The notes beneath the pieces are model-generated. The model saw only the letters and a list, made by a program, of their open reading frames with translations, did not search any database and was not told the DNA's origin. Shown here piece by piece: positions 12,281 to 24,784 of a stretch of DNA of 64,000 nucleotides (position 1 is the first letter of the stretch; each line of letters starts with the position of its first letter). Made by a program: the position numbers and the translations under genes. Origin of the DNA: Heptranchias perlo (lineage: Eukaryota); assembly GCF_035084215.1 (NCBI RefSeq), contig NW_027139453.1, positions 8,680,001-8,744,000 of the forward strand, written 5' to 3'.

Positions 12281-15226
12281 GTGCAGGGGGATGGGAAACG
12301 ATGCAGGAAGTCAGTGGGAAATAAAGTGGTGACAGAAACAAAAGGCAGTAAGGGAGAGTGTACAGAACATGACCGGACAGATGGTCTGAGAAAGCAGGGC
12401 AAAGACCAAGGGAAGACTAGATTAAACTGCATTTATTTCAATGCAAGAAGTCTGATGGGCAAGGCAGATGAACTCAGGGCATGGATGGGTACATGGGACT
12501 GGGATGTTATAGCTATTACTGAAACATGGCTAAGGGAGGGGCAGGACTGGCAGCTCAATGTTCCAGGGTACAGATGCTATAGGAAAGATAGAGCAGGAGG
12601 TAAGAGAGGAGGGGGAGTTGCGTTCTTGATTAGGGAGAACATCACGGCAGTAGTGAGAGGGGATATATCCGAGGGTTCGCCCACTGAGTCCATATGGGTA
12701 GAACTGAAAAATAAGAAGGGAGAGATCACTTTGATAGGATTGTACTACAGACCCCCAAATAGTCAACGGGAAATTGAGGAGCAAATATGTAAGGGGATTA
12801 CAGACAGCTGCAAGAAAAATAGGGTGGTAATAGTAGGGGACTTTAACTTTCCCAACATTGACTGGGACAGCCATAGCATTAGGGGCTTGGATGGAGAGAA
12901 ATTTGTTGAGTGTATTCAGGAGGAATTTCTCATTCAGTATGTGGATGGCCCGACTAGAGAGGGGGCAAAACTTGACCTCCTCTTGGGAAATAAGGAAGGG
13001 CAGGTGACAGAAGTGTTAGTGAGGGATCACTTTGGGACCAGTGATCATAATTCCATTAGTTTTAAGATAGCTATGGAGAAGGATAGGTCTGGCCCAAAAG
13101 TTAAAATTCTAAATTGGGGAAAGGCCAATTTTGATGGTATTAGACAGGAACTTTCAGAAGTTGATTGGGAGAGTCTGTTGGCAGGCAAAGGGACGTCTGG
13201 TAAGTGGGAGGCTTTCAAAAGTGTGTTAACCAGGGTTCAGTGTAAGCACATTCCTTATAAAGTGAAGGGCAAGGCTGGTAGAAGTAGGGAACCTTGGATG
13301 ACTCGGGAGATTGAGGCACCAGTCAAAAATAAGAAGGAGGCATATGACATGCATAGGCAGCTGGGATCAAGTGGAACCCTTGAAGAGTATAGAGATTGCC
13401 GGAGTAGAGTTAAGAGAGAAATCAGGAGGGCAAAAGGGGGATATGAGATTGCTTTGGCAGATCAGGCAGAGGTGAATCCAAAGAGCTTCTACAAATACAT
13501 AAAGGGCAAAAGGGTAACTAGGGAGAGAGTAGGGCCTCTTAAGGATCAACAAGGTCATCTATGTGCGGAACCACAAGAGATGGGTGAGATCCTGAATGAA
13601 TATTTCACATCGGTATTTACGGTTGAGAAAGGCATGGATGTTAGGGAACTTGGGGAAATAAATAGTGATGTCTTGAGGAGTGTACATATTACAGAGAGGG
13701 AGGTGCTGGAAGTCTTAACGCGCATCAAGGTAGATAAATCTCCGGGACCTGATGAAATGTATCCCAGGACGTTATGGGAGGTTAGGGAGGAAATTGCGGG
13801 TCCCCTAGCAGAGATATTTGAATCATCCACCGCTACAGGTGAGGTGCCTGAAGATTGGAGGGTAGCAAATGTTGTGCCTTTGTTTAAGAAGGGCGGCAGG
13901 GAAAAGCCTGGGAACTACAGACCAGTGAGCCTGACATCTGTAGTGGGTAAGTTGTTAGAGGGTATTCTGAGGGACAGAATCTACAGGCATTTGGAGAGGC
14001 AGGGACTAATTAGGAACAGTCAGCATGGTTTTGTGAGAGGAAAATCATGTCTCACGAATTTGATTGAGTTTTTTGAAGGGGTAACCAAGAAGATAGATGA
14101 GGGCTGTGCAGTAGACGTGGTCTACATGGACTTCAGCAAAGCATTTGACAAGGTACCGCATGGTAGGTTGTTACATAAGGTTAAATCTCATGGGATCCAA
14201 GGTGAGGTAGCCAATTGGATACAAAATTGGCTTGACGACAGAAGACAGAGGGTGGTTGTCGAGGGTTGTTTTTCAAACTGGATGCCTGTGTCCAGCGGTG
14301 TGCCTCAGGGATCGGTGCTGGGTCCGCTGTTATTTGTTATTTATATTAATGATTTGGATGAGAATTTAGGAGGCATGGTTAGTAAGTTTGCAGATGACAC
14401 CAAGATTGGTGGCATTGTGGACAGTGAAGAAGGTTATCTAGGATTGCAACGGGATCTTGATAAATTGGGCCAGTGGGCCGATGAATGGCAGATGGAGTTT
14501 AATTTAGATAAATGTGAGGTGATGCATTTTGGTAGATCGAATCGGGCCAGGACCTACTCCGCTAATGGTAGGGCGTTGGGGAGAGTTATAGAACAAAGAG
14601 ATCTAGGAGTACAGATTCATAGCTCCTTGAAAGTGGAGTCACAGGTGGATAGGGTGGTGAAGAAGGCATTCAGCATGCTTGGTTTCATTGGTCAGAACAT
14701 TGAATGCAGGAGTTGGGATGTCTTGTTGAAGTTGTACAGGGCATTGGTGAGGCCACACTTGGAGTACTGTGTACAGTTCTGGTCACCCTATTATAGAAAG
14801 GATATTATTAAACCAGAAAGAGTGCAGAAAAGATTTACTCGGATGCTACCGGGACTTGATGGTTTGACTTATCGGGAGAGGTTAGACAGACTGGGACTTT
14901 ATTCCCTGGAGAGTAGGAGGTTAAGGGGTGATCTTATAGAAGTCTATAAAATAATGAGGGGCATAGATAAGGTCGATAGTCAAAATCTTTTCCCAAAGGT
15001 AGGGGAGTCTATAACGAGGGGGCACAGATTTAAGGTGAGAGGGGAGAGATACAAAAGGATCCAGAGGGGCAATTTTTTCACTCAAAGGGTGGTGAGTGTC
15101 TGGAACGAGCTGCCAGAGGCAGTAGTAGAGGCGGGTACAATTTTGTCTTTTAAAAAGCATTTGGACAGTTACATGGGGAAGATGGGTATCGAGGGATATG
15201 GGCCAAGTGCAGGCAATTGGGACTAG
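12281..15226 (+). CDS. CR1 ORF2p: apurinic-type endonuclease + reverse transcriptase (981 codons open)
   Basis: YFNARS, ITETW, GDFN, SDHN (APE); YRPVSLTS, QHGF, DFSKAFDKV, GVPQGSVLGP, FADD (RT). Confidence 0.95.
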   Translation: MQGDGKRCRKSVGNKVVTETKGSKGECTEHDRTDGLRKQGKDQGKTRLNCIYFNARSLMGKADELRAWMGTWDWDVIAITETWLREGQDWQLNVPGYRCYRKDRAGGKRGGGVAFLIRENITAVVRGDISEGSPTESIWVELKNKKGEITLIGLYYRPPNSQREIEEQICKGITDSCKKNRVVIVGDFNFPNIDWDSHSIRGLDGEKFVECIQEEFLIQYVDGPTREGAKLDLLLGNKEGQVTEVLVRDHFGTSDHNSISFKIAMEKDRSGPKVKILNWGKANFDGIRQELSEVDWESLLAGKGTSGKWEAFKSVLTRVQCKHIPYKVKGKAGRSREPWMTREIEAPVKNKKEAYDMHRQLGSSGTLEEYRDCRSRVKREIRRAKGGYEIALADQAEVNPKSFYKYIKGKRVTRERVGPLKDQQGHLCAEPQEMGEILNEYFTSVFTVEKGMDVRELGEINSDVLRSVHITEREVLEVLTRIKVDKSPGPDEMYPRTLWEVREEIAGPLAEIFESSTATGEVPEDWRVANVVPLFKKGGREKPGNYRPVSLTSVVGKLLEGILRDRIYRHLERQGLIRNSQHGFVRGKSCLTNLIEFFEGVTKKIDEGCAVDVVYMDFSKAFDKVPHGRLLHKVKSHGIQGEVANWIQNWLDDRRQRVVVEGCFSNWMPVSSGVPQGSVLGPLLFVIYINDLDENLGGMVSKFADDTKIGGIVDSEEGYLGLQRDLDKLGQWADEWQMEFNLDKCEVMHFGRSNRARTYSANGRALGRVIEQRDLGVQIHSSLKVESQVDRVVKKAFSMLGFIGQNIECRSWDVLLKLYRALVRPHLEYCVQFWSPYYRKDIIKPERVQKRFTRMLPGLDGLTYRERLDRLGLYSLESRRLRGDLIEVYKIMRGIDKVDSQNLFPKVGESITRGHRFKVRGERYKRIQRGNFFTQRVVSVWNELPEAVVEAGTILSFKKHLDSYMGKMGIEGYGPSAGNWD

Positions 15227-16299
15227 CTTAGTGGTATAAACTGGGCGACATGGACATGTTGGGCCGAAGGGCCTGTTTCCATGTTGTAACTTCTATGATT
15301 CTATGATTCTATGAAATAATTTAATCATCTTAAACACCTCAATTAGATCACACTATAATTTTCTATATTCCAGGGAATACAAGGAAAATTTATGCAACTT
15401 GTCCACGTAATTTAACCATCTGAACCCTGATATTATTGCTGTCAATTCTCCCTGCACCCTCTGCAAGGCCAATATATCTGTCTGAGGTGCGGTGCCCAGA
15501 ACTGAACGCAGTTCTCCAGATGGGGTTTCACCAGATCTCTCTATACAACTGGAGTATAACTTCCACCCCTTTGTATTCCAATCCCCTTGAGGAAAAAGCC
15601 AACATTCCATTAGACTTTTCAATTTTATATGTATCTGTCCACGAATTATGGTGATTTCTGTACTTGGATCGCCCAAATCTCTCTGCTCCTCCAAATTTTC
15701 GAGCGACACACCATTTAGAAAATAAACTCCGATTTAGCTTTCTTAGGTCCAAAATGAATGACCTCACACTTTGCCACTTTGAACTCAATCTGCCATAGGT
15801 TTGACACCTTACTTACCCTGTCTATGTCCCCTTTGCAAATTCCTTCTGTCATTTGCTATATTTATAGTCAATCGGAGAGGGAAGGCGTGGCATCTCCAAA
15901 CCTGCATCTCTTCCTAATCCTCCTCATGTTTTCCTGAATGATTTGAAAAGGACGCGTTGTTTCCTCAAAACACTCAACGCTGCTGTTCTCGTTCCTTTCC
16001 TTATTAGGAAAAAAGCTTCAAGTAAAAGAGGTGTGCAACTGGTTCTAATGATCGTATTTCACTGTAAGAATTTTTTTGAAACAATAATTCTTGATATTAA
16101 TATCTATTTCAGTAATCTTTCCTTCTTTCTTTCTTTCTGTTCATTCCTTTCCTTCTTTCTGTCTTCCTTGATTTCCGTCTTTCCTTCATTCTGTTTTTCT
16201 TTCTTTCTATGTTTCTTTCCTTGTTGTTTTCTCTCTTTCCCCCATTCCCCTTCGCCCATGAATGAACCTGCTTTCTGACCTCATCCTCTCCCCATCTCT

Positions 16300-16498
16300 T
16301 TGCCACATTTGAACTTACAGATGATCCGCCAGATTCCCCGCCGCTGTCTTCAAATTTCCTGTGGAGGGGGTGGAACTGCAGTGCACCTTACATGTACTGG
16401 TACTGACAACACCCGTGGAAGGAGCAGCAGTTTATGTATTAATGCGCCTGGAGCGTTCACAGCGAGACAGAGACAGCGGAGGCTCGATGACAAAGAAC
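16300..16498 (+). pseudogene. TRBV: Heavily deleted TCR V pseudogene V5 with degenerate RSS
   Basis: FR1-like ATCCGCCAGA..GTGGAACTGCAGTGCAC, TACATGTACTGGTAC, then a jump to TGTATTAATGCGCCTGGAG; CACAGCG at 16458 with ~25-nt spacer and ACAAAGAAC; decayed leader near 16030-16065. Confidence 0.75.
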
Positions 16499-16584
16499 CC
16501 CAGCTTGGAACTCAGCATGAGGCGCTGTTGTTCCACTGATGGAGGTCAGCCTTCCGCCGCCAGGTGGCGCTGTTGACCCAGTGA

Positions 16585-16650
16585 TGAGGGTTGGCTCAGT
16601 GGTGAGACTCGTTGCATCTCTGGCTGTTGGGTTCAAAGTCCTCAGACTGT
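16585..16650 (+). mobile_element. tRNA-derived SINE head remnant
   Basis: A-box TGGCTCAGTGG and B-box-like GGTTCAAAGTCC; paralog at ~27745-27806. Confidence 0.45.
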
Positions 16651-17250
16651 ATTGTTTGTTTCGAATAAAAACAAGAGCAAAGTGCCGTTAAAGAAACCCA
16701 AGAAATTACTTCCTGTTCCATATAGCTCCACATCCGTTTCCATTCGTGTTCCAACTCATCGATTGATATCTCTGAAATGCAACGGTTCAACTGCAGTTTG
16801 AATGGAGTGAGGCTGTTTGCAATTTCCCCAATCAAGGGTGAGTTTCTGAATCCTCCTGATCGTCATAGACCCAATAATGAGTCCAACCATGCGGTAGAAC
16901 AGATGGTCAGCCACGTGTGACCCAGATATGGTTGTACCATCTGCATCTCGTTATCTAACGGGCTTGGTTTAGCCCAGCGTTGTCCCATAGCCGTTAGCCA
17001 CATGTGGCATAATGGGAATCCAGATGTGGCTCATTGCATAATTGAATGTAAATACAAAATATACCATCTCGTCATTAATAACCACATTGATTCTAATTGG
17101 TTCAACCTGGAAAGGGTGCGTGCCTGCATCACTTCCTTACGCTCTTCCAGTTTTCCTGATTTATTTGAAAATGGCGGGTTGGCTCCTCACGAGACTCACC
17201 ACTGCTGTTCTCGCTCCTTTCCTTATTAAGAGTGAAGCTTAAAGTAAAAG

Positions 17251-17869
17251 ATGAATCTGTTACTGGGCCTGATCATCTTGATTCACCGTAAATGATTTTT
17301 CAAACCATTATTCGTGTTAATGACTTTTAATAATGTTTTATTTCTTTCTTCCTTTCCTGCTTTCTTTCTATCTTTCCCTCTTTCCTTGTTTCTTTCTACG
17401 TTTCCCTCTTTCCTTGTTTCTTTCTATCTTGCCCTGTTTCCTTCTTTCTCTCTTTCCCTTTTTCTCTTCTTCACTCTATCTATATTTATTGCTCTGTTTT
17501 TCTCTTTCTCCCTTTCCCCATTGCCCCGAATGTCCCTATTTAATGATATCCTCCTCTCCCGGTCTCTTTCGCAGACGTGAACTCGAAGAGGATTCACCAG
17601 ACGCCCGTCGATATCTCCACATTTCCTGGGGAGGGAGTGGAACTGAAGTGCACGGTGGAGGTCACCAGTAACTCTAACATATATTGGTACAGACAATACA
17701 GGGGGAAGGAGCCGAGTTGATGTTTTACTCCACAGGTACTAGTATCGTGAGTCCAGAGGGGAAGGTGGATGGATTTACCACCAAGCGACCGAATGAGCAC
17801 CAGTTCAACCTGGAGATATCCAGCCTGCGGGCGAATCACTCGGCTGTGTATTACTGCGCCTGGAGTCTG
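17251..17869 (+). pseudogene. TRBV: TCR V pseudogene V6; leader 17251-17287, V exon 17575-17869
   Basis: 1-nt deletion in FR2 (GAGCCGAGTTGA, exon 295 nt) causes frameshift and stop; heptamer mutated to TACATTT (17870-17876). Confidence 0.9.
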
Positions 17870-18015
17870 TACATTTACTCAGAGAGATCGAGGAGTTCAA
17901 CAAAAAACACAAATTGGCAGGAAACATGCGTGTGACACAAAAGCGCGCGTCGATTTGTCATTTTGTTTCTTTTTTGGAGAGCAAAAATGTATTTGACAAG
18001 AAGATGAGACGAGTT

Positions 18016-21000
18016 CATTCAATCATAGAATCATAGAAGTTACAACATGGAAACAGGCCCTTCGGCCCAACATGTCCATGACGCCCAGTTTATACCACTA
18101 AGCTAGTCACAATTTCCTGCACTTGGCCCATATCCCTCCATACCCATCTTACCCATGTAACTGTCCAAATGCTTTTTAAAAGACAAAATGGTACCCGCCT
18201 CCACTACTGCCTCTGGCAGCTCGTTCCAGACACTCACCACGCTTTGAGTGAAAAAATGCCCCTCTGGACCCTTTTGTATCTCTCCCCTCTCACCTTTAAT
18301 CTATGCCCCCTCGTTAACGACTCCCCTACCTTTGGGAAAAGATTTTGACGATCTACCTTATCTATGCCCCTCATTATTTTATAGACTTCTATAAGATCAC
18401 CCCTTAACCTCCTACTCTCCAGGGAAAAAAGTCCCAGTGTTTCTAATCTCTCCCTATAAGTCAAACCATCAAGTCCCGGTAGCATCCTAGTAAATCTTTT
18501 CTGTACTCTTTCTAGTTTAATAATATCCTTTCTATAATAGGGTGACCAGAACTATACACAGTATTCCAAGTGTGGCCTCACCAATGCCCTGTACAACTTC
18601 AACAAGACATCCCAACTCCTGTATTCAAAGTTCTGACCAATGAAACCAAGCATGCCGAATGCCTTCTTCACCACCCTATCCACCTGTGACTCCACTTTCA
18701 AGGAGCTATGAACCTGTACTCCTAGATCTCTTTGTTCTATAACTCTCCCCAACGCCCTACCATTAACGGAGTAGGTCCTCGCCCGATTCGATCTACCAAA
18801 ATGCATCACATCACATTTATCTAAATTAAACTCCATCTGCCATTCATCGGCCCACTGGCCCAATTTATCAAGTTCCCGTTGCAATCCTAGATAACCTTCT
18901 TCACTGTCCACAATGCCACCAATCTTGGTGTCATCTGCAAACTTACGAACCATGTCTCCTAAATTATCATCCAAATCATTAATATAAAGAACAAATAACA
19001 GCGGACCCAGCACCGATCCCTGAGGCACACCGCTGGACACAGGCATCCAGTTTGAAAAACAACCCTCGACAACCACCCTCTGTCTTCTGTCGTCAAGTCA
19101 ATTTTGTATCCAATTGGCTACCTCACCTTGGATCCCATGAGATTTAACCTGATGTAACAACCTACCATGCGGTACCTTGTCAAAGGCTTTGCTGATGTCC
19201 ATGTGGACCGCGGCTACTGCACAGCCCTCATCTATCTTCTTGGTTACCCCTTCAAAAAACTCAATCAAATTCGTGAGACATGATTTTCCTCTCACAAAAC
19301 CATGCTGACTGTTCCTAATTAGTCCCTGCCTCTCCAAATGCCTGTAGATCCTATCCCTCAGAATACCCTCTAACAACTTACCCACTACAGATGTCAGGCT
19401 CACCGGTCTGTAGTTCCCAGGATTTTCCCTGCCGCCCTTCTTAAACAAAGGCACAACATTTGCTACCCTCCAATCTTCAGGCACCTCACCTGTAGCGGTG
19501 GATGATTCAAATATCTCTGCTTGGGGACCCGCAATTTCCTCCCTAACCTCCCATAACGTCCTGGGATACATTTCATCAGGTCCCGGAAATTTATCTACCT
19601 TGATGCGCGTTAAGACTTCCAGCACCTCCCTCTCTGTAATATGTACACTCCTCAAGACATCACTATTTATTTCCCCAAGTTCACTAACATCCATGCCTTT
19701 CTAAACCGTAAATACCGATGTGAAATATTCATTCAGGATCTCACCCATCTCTTGTGGTTCCGCACATAGATGACCTTGTTGATCCTTAAGAGGTCCTACT
19801 CTCTCCCTAGTTACTCTTTTGCCCTTTATGTATTTGTAGAAGCTCTTTGGATTCTCCTTTGCCTTATCTGCCAAAGCAATCTCATGTCCCCTTTTTGCCC
19901 TCCTGATTTCTCTCTTAACTCCACTCCGGCAATCTCTATACTCTTCAAGGGATCCACTTGACCCCAGCTGCCTATGCATGTCATATGCCTCCTTCTTCTT
20001 TTTGACTCGGGCCTCAATCTCCCGAGTCATCCAAGGTTCCCTACTTCTACCAGCCTTGCCCTTCACTTTATAAGGAATGTGCTTACACTGAACCCTGGTT
20101 AACACACTTTTGAAAGCCTCCCACTTACCAGACGTCCCTTTGCCTGCCAACAGACTCTCCCAATCAACTTCTGAAAGTTCCTGTCCAATACCATCAAAAT
20201 AGACCTTTCCCCAATTTAGAATTTTAACTTTTGGGCCAGACCTATCCTTCTCCATAGCTATCTTAAAACTAATGGAATTATGATCACTGGTCCCACAGTG
20301 ATCCCTCACTAACACTTCTGTCACCTGCCCTTCCTTATTTCCCAAGAGGAGGTCAAGTTTTGCCACCTCTCTAGTCAGGCCATCCACATACTGAATGAGA
20401 AATTCCTCCTGAATACACTCAACAAATTTCTCTCCATCCAAGCCCCTAATGCTATCGCTGTCCCAGTCATCGTTGGGAAAGTTAAAGTCCCCTAATATTA
20501 CCACACTATTTTTCTTGCAGCTGTCTGTAATCTCCTTACATATTTGTTCCTCAATTTCCCGTTGACTATTTGGGAGTCTGTAGTACAATCCTATCAAAGT
20601 GATCTCTCCCTTCTTATTTTGCAGTTCTACCCATATAGACTCAGTGGGCGAACCCTCGGATATATCCCATCTCGCGACTGCCGTGATGTTCTCACTAATC
20701 AAGAACGCAACTCCCCCTCCTCTCTTACATCCTGCTCTATCTTTCATATAGCATCTGTACCTTGGAACATTGAGCTGCCAGTCCTGCCCCTCCCTTAGCC
20801 ATGTTTCAGTAATAGCTATAACATCCCAGTCCCATGTACCCATCCATGCCCTGAGTTCATCTGCCTTGCCCATCAGACTCCTTGCATTGAAATAAATGCA
20901 GTTTAATCTAGACTTCCCTTGGTCTTTGCCCTGCTTTCTCAGACCATTTGTCCGGTCATGTTTTGTACACTCTCCCTTACTGCCTTTTGTTTCTGTCACC

Positions 21001-22080
21001 ACTTTATTTCCCACTGACTTCCTGCATCGGTTCCCATTCCCCTGCCATATTAGTTTAAACCCTCCCCAACAGCCCTAGCAAACACTCCCCCTCGGACATT
21101 GGTTCCAGTCCTGCCCAGATGCAGACCGTCCAATTTGTACTGGTCCCACCTCCCCCAGAACCGCTTCCAATGTCCCAGGAATTTGAATCCCTCCCTCTTG
21201 CACCATCTCCCAAGCCACGTATTCATCCTAGCTATACTGTCATTCCTACTCTGACTAGCCCGTGGCACTGGTAGCAATCCTGAGATTACTACCCTTGACG
21301 TCCTACTCTTTAGTTTAACTCCTAACTCCCTAAATTCAGCTTGTAGGACCTCATCCTGCTTATTACCTATATCGTTGGTGCCTATATGCACCACGACAAC
21401 TGGCTGTTCACCCTCCCCCTCCAGAATGTCCTGCAGCCGCTCCGAGACATCCTTGACCCTTGCACCAGCGAGGCAACATTCCATCCTGGAGTCTCGGTTG
21501 CGTCCGCAGAAACGCTTGTCTATTCCCCTTACATTCGAGTCCCCTATCACTATAGCTCTGCCACTCTTTTTCCTGCCCTCCTGTGCAGCAGAGCCAGCCA
21601 CGGTGCCATGAACCTGGCCGCTGCCACCTTCCACTGGTGAGCCATCTCCCCCAACAGTATCCAAAACGGTATACCTGTTTTGGAGGGAGATGACCGCAGG
21701 GGACCCCTGCACTGCCTTCCTACTCTTCCTCTGTCTGTTGGTCACCCATTCACTATCTCCCCCAGTAATTTTTATCTGCGGTTTGACCAACTCACTGAAC
21801 GTGCTGTCCACGACTTTCTCAGCATCGCGGATGCTCCAAAGTGAGTCCATCCGCAGCTCCAGAGCCGTCAAGCGGTCAAACAATAGCTGCAGCTGGACAC
21901 ACTTCCCGCAGGTGAAGGAATCAGGGATACAGGTAGGATCCCTGAATTCCCACATCCCACAAGAGGAACATGACACGGCTGTGGGATCTCCTGCCATGAC
22001 TTAACCCTTAAGTTAGCTTAACAATAACTACAATGTCAAGAGAAAAAAAAGGAAAGAAAATCTACTTACCACTCCCTTTA
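18016..22080 (-). mobile_element. Near full-length CR1 LINE (intact ORF1, ORF2 with several stops)
   Basis: ORF1 21050-21997; ORF2 pieces 19701-21014, 19098-19694, 18552-19076, 18234-18485; tail at 18020-18040; putative AGTT target duplication 18012-18015 / 22081-22084 relative to empty-site GAGACGAGTTAGAATG. Confidence 0.95.
21050..21997 (-). CDS. CR1 ORF1p (CxxC..CxxC zinc finger, coiled coil, SGNH esterase)
   Basis: ATG start, 315 aa, CSSC..CGKC, IGDS, HIGTND, DGLHL. Confidence 0.9.
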   Translation of the reverse strand: MAGDPTAVSCSSCGMWEFRDPTCIPDSFTCGKCVQLQLLFDRLTALELRMDSLWSIRDAEKVVDSTFSELVKPQIKITGGDSEWVTNRQRKSRKAVQGSPAVISLQNRYTVLDTVGGDGSPVEGGSGQVHGTVAGSAAQEGRKKSGRAIVIGDSNVRGIDKRFCGRNRDSRMECCLAGARVKDVSERLQDILEGEGEQPVVVVHIGTNDIGNKQDEVLQAEFRELGVKLKSRTSRVVISGLLPVPRASQSRNDSIARMNTWLGRWCKREGFKFLGHWKRFWGRWDQYKLDGLHLGRTGTNVRGGVFARAVGEGLN

Positions 22081-24176
22081 AGTTAGAATGAAGTGAGAGA
22101 TTAGATATAGATGCATTGGAGAAGGTGCGATAAAGATTTACGGGCATGATACGAGAACTGAGAGGTTATAACTATCAGGAAAGCTTGAACAGGCTGGGAC
22201 TCTTTTCTTTTGAGAAGCGAAGCCTGTGCGCTGACCTGACAGAGCTGATTAAAATTATGAAAGGGACTGATAGGGTAGACGTAAGTAACATGTTTACACT
22301 TGTGAGGGAGAAAAGAAGTAGGGATCAAAATTATAATATAGACATTAATTAATCCAATCGGAATTTAGGAGAAATTGTTTTACCCAAAGAAACTTTAGCA
22401 TGTGGATCTCACCACTGGAAGGAGTAGTTGAGGCCAACACCATAGATGTATTTAATGGGAAGGTAGGAAAATACATGAGAAAGAAAGGAATCGACGGATA
22501 TGCTTCTTGGATGAGATGAAATAATGTGGGAGTAGTCTCGTGTGCGGTTTAAACACAAGCACAATCCTGTCGGGCCGAATGAACCTTTTCTGTGCTTTTC
22601 ATTCCATTTAATTAGAGTGCTAAGCCGGAATACAAGCAGGGTTGGAATGCTCTTTGAATTTTGGAAATGATTCCTGGGTGAGGGAGGTAAATGTGGGATT
22701 AGTGCAGGAATGAATGTGGGAACGCGTTAGGAACTCATGGTCTTTTCTACACTATGTCGCTGTTCCTGTTGGCGGGATGGGCGAAAAGAGAAAGGGAGGG
22801 AAGAAGAAATACAGATTCAAAGAAAGTAAAAAGACTTTTGTATTTTCATCAATTTACTGTGTTATCTTTCACCGAGAGGACAGCAGAGGGCGTTCTAGGA
22901 CCGTGAAACAGAGCAGCGCCTTGAGCATAATTGAATTGGAAAAGGAGGAGGTCATTCAGCCATTCGTGCTTGTCACATAGTCAGAGGCAGAGGACATTCG
23001 GCCCGTCGAGCTTGTCAAATAGAAATAGTTGGAGGAAATTCAATTCCCTCGACTCTGTTCCGCAATTCAATTAGTTCATGGCTGATCTGTACCTCAACTG
23101 CATTTACCCGCCTTTTCTCCATATCGCTCGACTCCGTCACCAAAAAAAAATCTATCAATCTCAGTCTTGGAAGCTCCAATTGTCTCCCAGCGTCCACAGT
23201 TTTTTGGAGGAGAGAGTTGCAGATTTCCACTACCCGTTGTGTGAAAAAGTCTTACTGACTTCACCTCTGAACCGACTTGATCGAAGTTTAAGGTGACCCC
23301 TCGTTCTGGACTCCCCAGCCAGCAAATGCTTTCTTTCGAACTACCCTATCAAATCCTTTAATCATTTTAAACAACTCAATTAAACCAATCCTTAATCTTC
23401 TATATTCCATGGAATACAAGCCAAGGGTATGCAAACTGTCCTCATAATTTAACCCTCGAAGCCCCAGTACTATTCTTTTCAATGAGCTGTGCACCCTTTC
23501 AAAGGCCAATATACCCTTCTGAGCTCAGGTGCGCGGAACTGAACGCGACACTCCAGATGGAGACTTCCCAAAGCTGTCTGAAACTTCAGTATAACTACCA
23601 TCCCTTTGTATTCCAGTCCCCTTGAGATGAAGGCCAAAATTCTATTGGCCTTTTCACTCATTTTATGTATCTGTCCATGAGTTTTAGTGAATTCTCTTCC
23701 TGGACCCCTCAATCTCGCAGCTCCTCCACAGTTCATAACTTCTGATGGAGGGGTGGGGCTTTCATTCAGGGAGGGAGGGGCGGGACTGTCAAATAGTGAG
23801 GGAGGGCGGGGCGTTTCTAAACCTGCATCAATTCCTGACATTGTTGTGCAATCTGTATATCGCTATCTCGTTATCAAACGGGCTTGGTTTAGCCCAGAGT
23901 TGTCCAATAGCCGCTCGCCACATGTGGCAAATTAGGAATCCAGATGTGGTTAATTGCATAACTGATTGTAAATACAAAATATACCATTTCGTTATTAGCA
24001 ACCACATTGATTCTAATTGGTTCAACTGGGAAAGGAGGCGTGTCCAACCGTGCAACACGACCTTATTCTCTTCATGTTTTCCTGAATGATTTGAAAAGGG
24101 CGGGTTGGCCCATCACAAGACTCACCGCTGCTGTTCTAGCTCCTTTGCTTATTAAGAGTGAAGCTTAAAGTAAAGG

Positions 24177-24745
24177 ATGAATCTGTTACTGGGCCTGATC
24201 ATCTTGATTCACAGTAAATTATTTTTTTCAAACCATTAATCTTGTTAACAACATTTATTAACGTTTTCGATCGTTTTTTTTTCTTGCCCTCATTCTTTGC
24301 TTCTTTCTCCCATTCGCTCATTCTCTCCTTTACTCTTTCTATATTTCTCTGTTTCTCCATTTCTTTCTCATTTTCTCTCTTTCTCCCTTTCCCCATTTTC
24401 CCGAATGTCCCTATTAAATGATATCCTCCTCTCCCTGTCTCTTTCCCAGACGTGAAATCGAAGACGATCTACCAGACACCAGTCGCTGTCTCCAAATTCC
24501 CTGGGGAGGGAGTGGAACTGAAGTGCACGGTGGAGGGCACCAGGAGCGCTTACATGTATTGGTACAGACAATACCCGAGGAAGGAGCCAGAGTTTATGTT
24601 TTACTCGACGGGTACCAATCTTGTGCGTCCAGAGGAGAAGGTGGACGGTTTTACCGCCAAGCGACCGAATGATCACCAGTTAAACCTGAAGGCGTCCAGC
24701 CTGCGGGCGAATCACTCGGCCGTGTATTACTGCGCCTGGAGTCTG
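24177..24745 (+). CDS. TRBV: TCR V segment V7 (TRBV30-like), apparently functional; leader 24177-24213, V exon 24450-24745
   Basis: Leader MNLLLGLIILIH, GT-AG intron, open exon VKSKTIYQTP..CTVEGTRSAYMYWYRQ..YYCAWSL. Confidence 0.92.
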
Positions 24746-24784
24746 CACAGTGGCTCAGAGAGATCGAAGAGTTTAACAAAAACC
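24746..24784 (+). other. 23-bp spacer RSS of V7
   Basis: CACAGTG + 23 nt + ACAAAAACC. Confidence 0.95.

Larger units (their letters stand above)
11362..15313 (+). mobile_element. Young CR1 LINE, 5'-truncated just inside ORF1, ORF2 open
   Basis: ORF1 esterase-type, ORF2 APE+RT, 3' (TTCTATGA)n tail ~15290-15313; flanks rejoin to the empty paralogous site near 26300. Confidence 0.95.
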
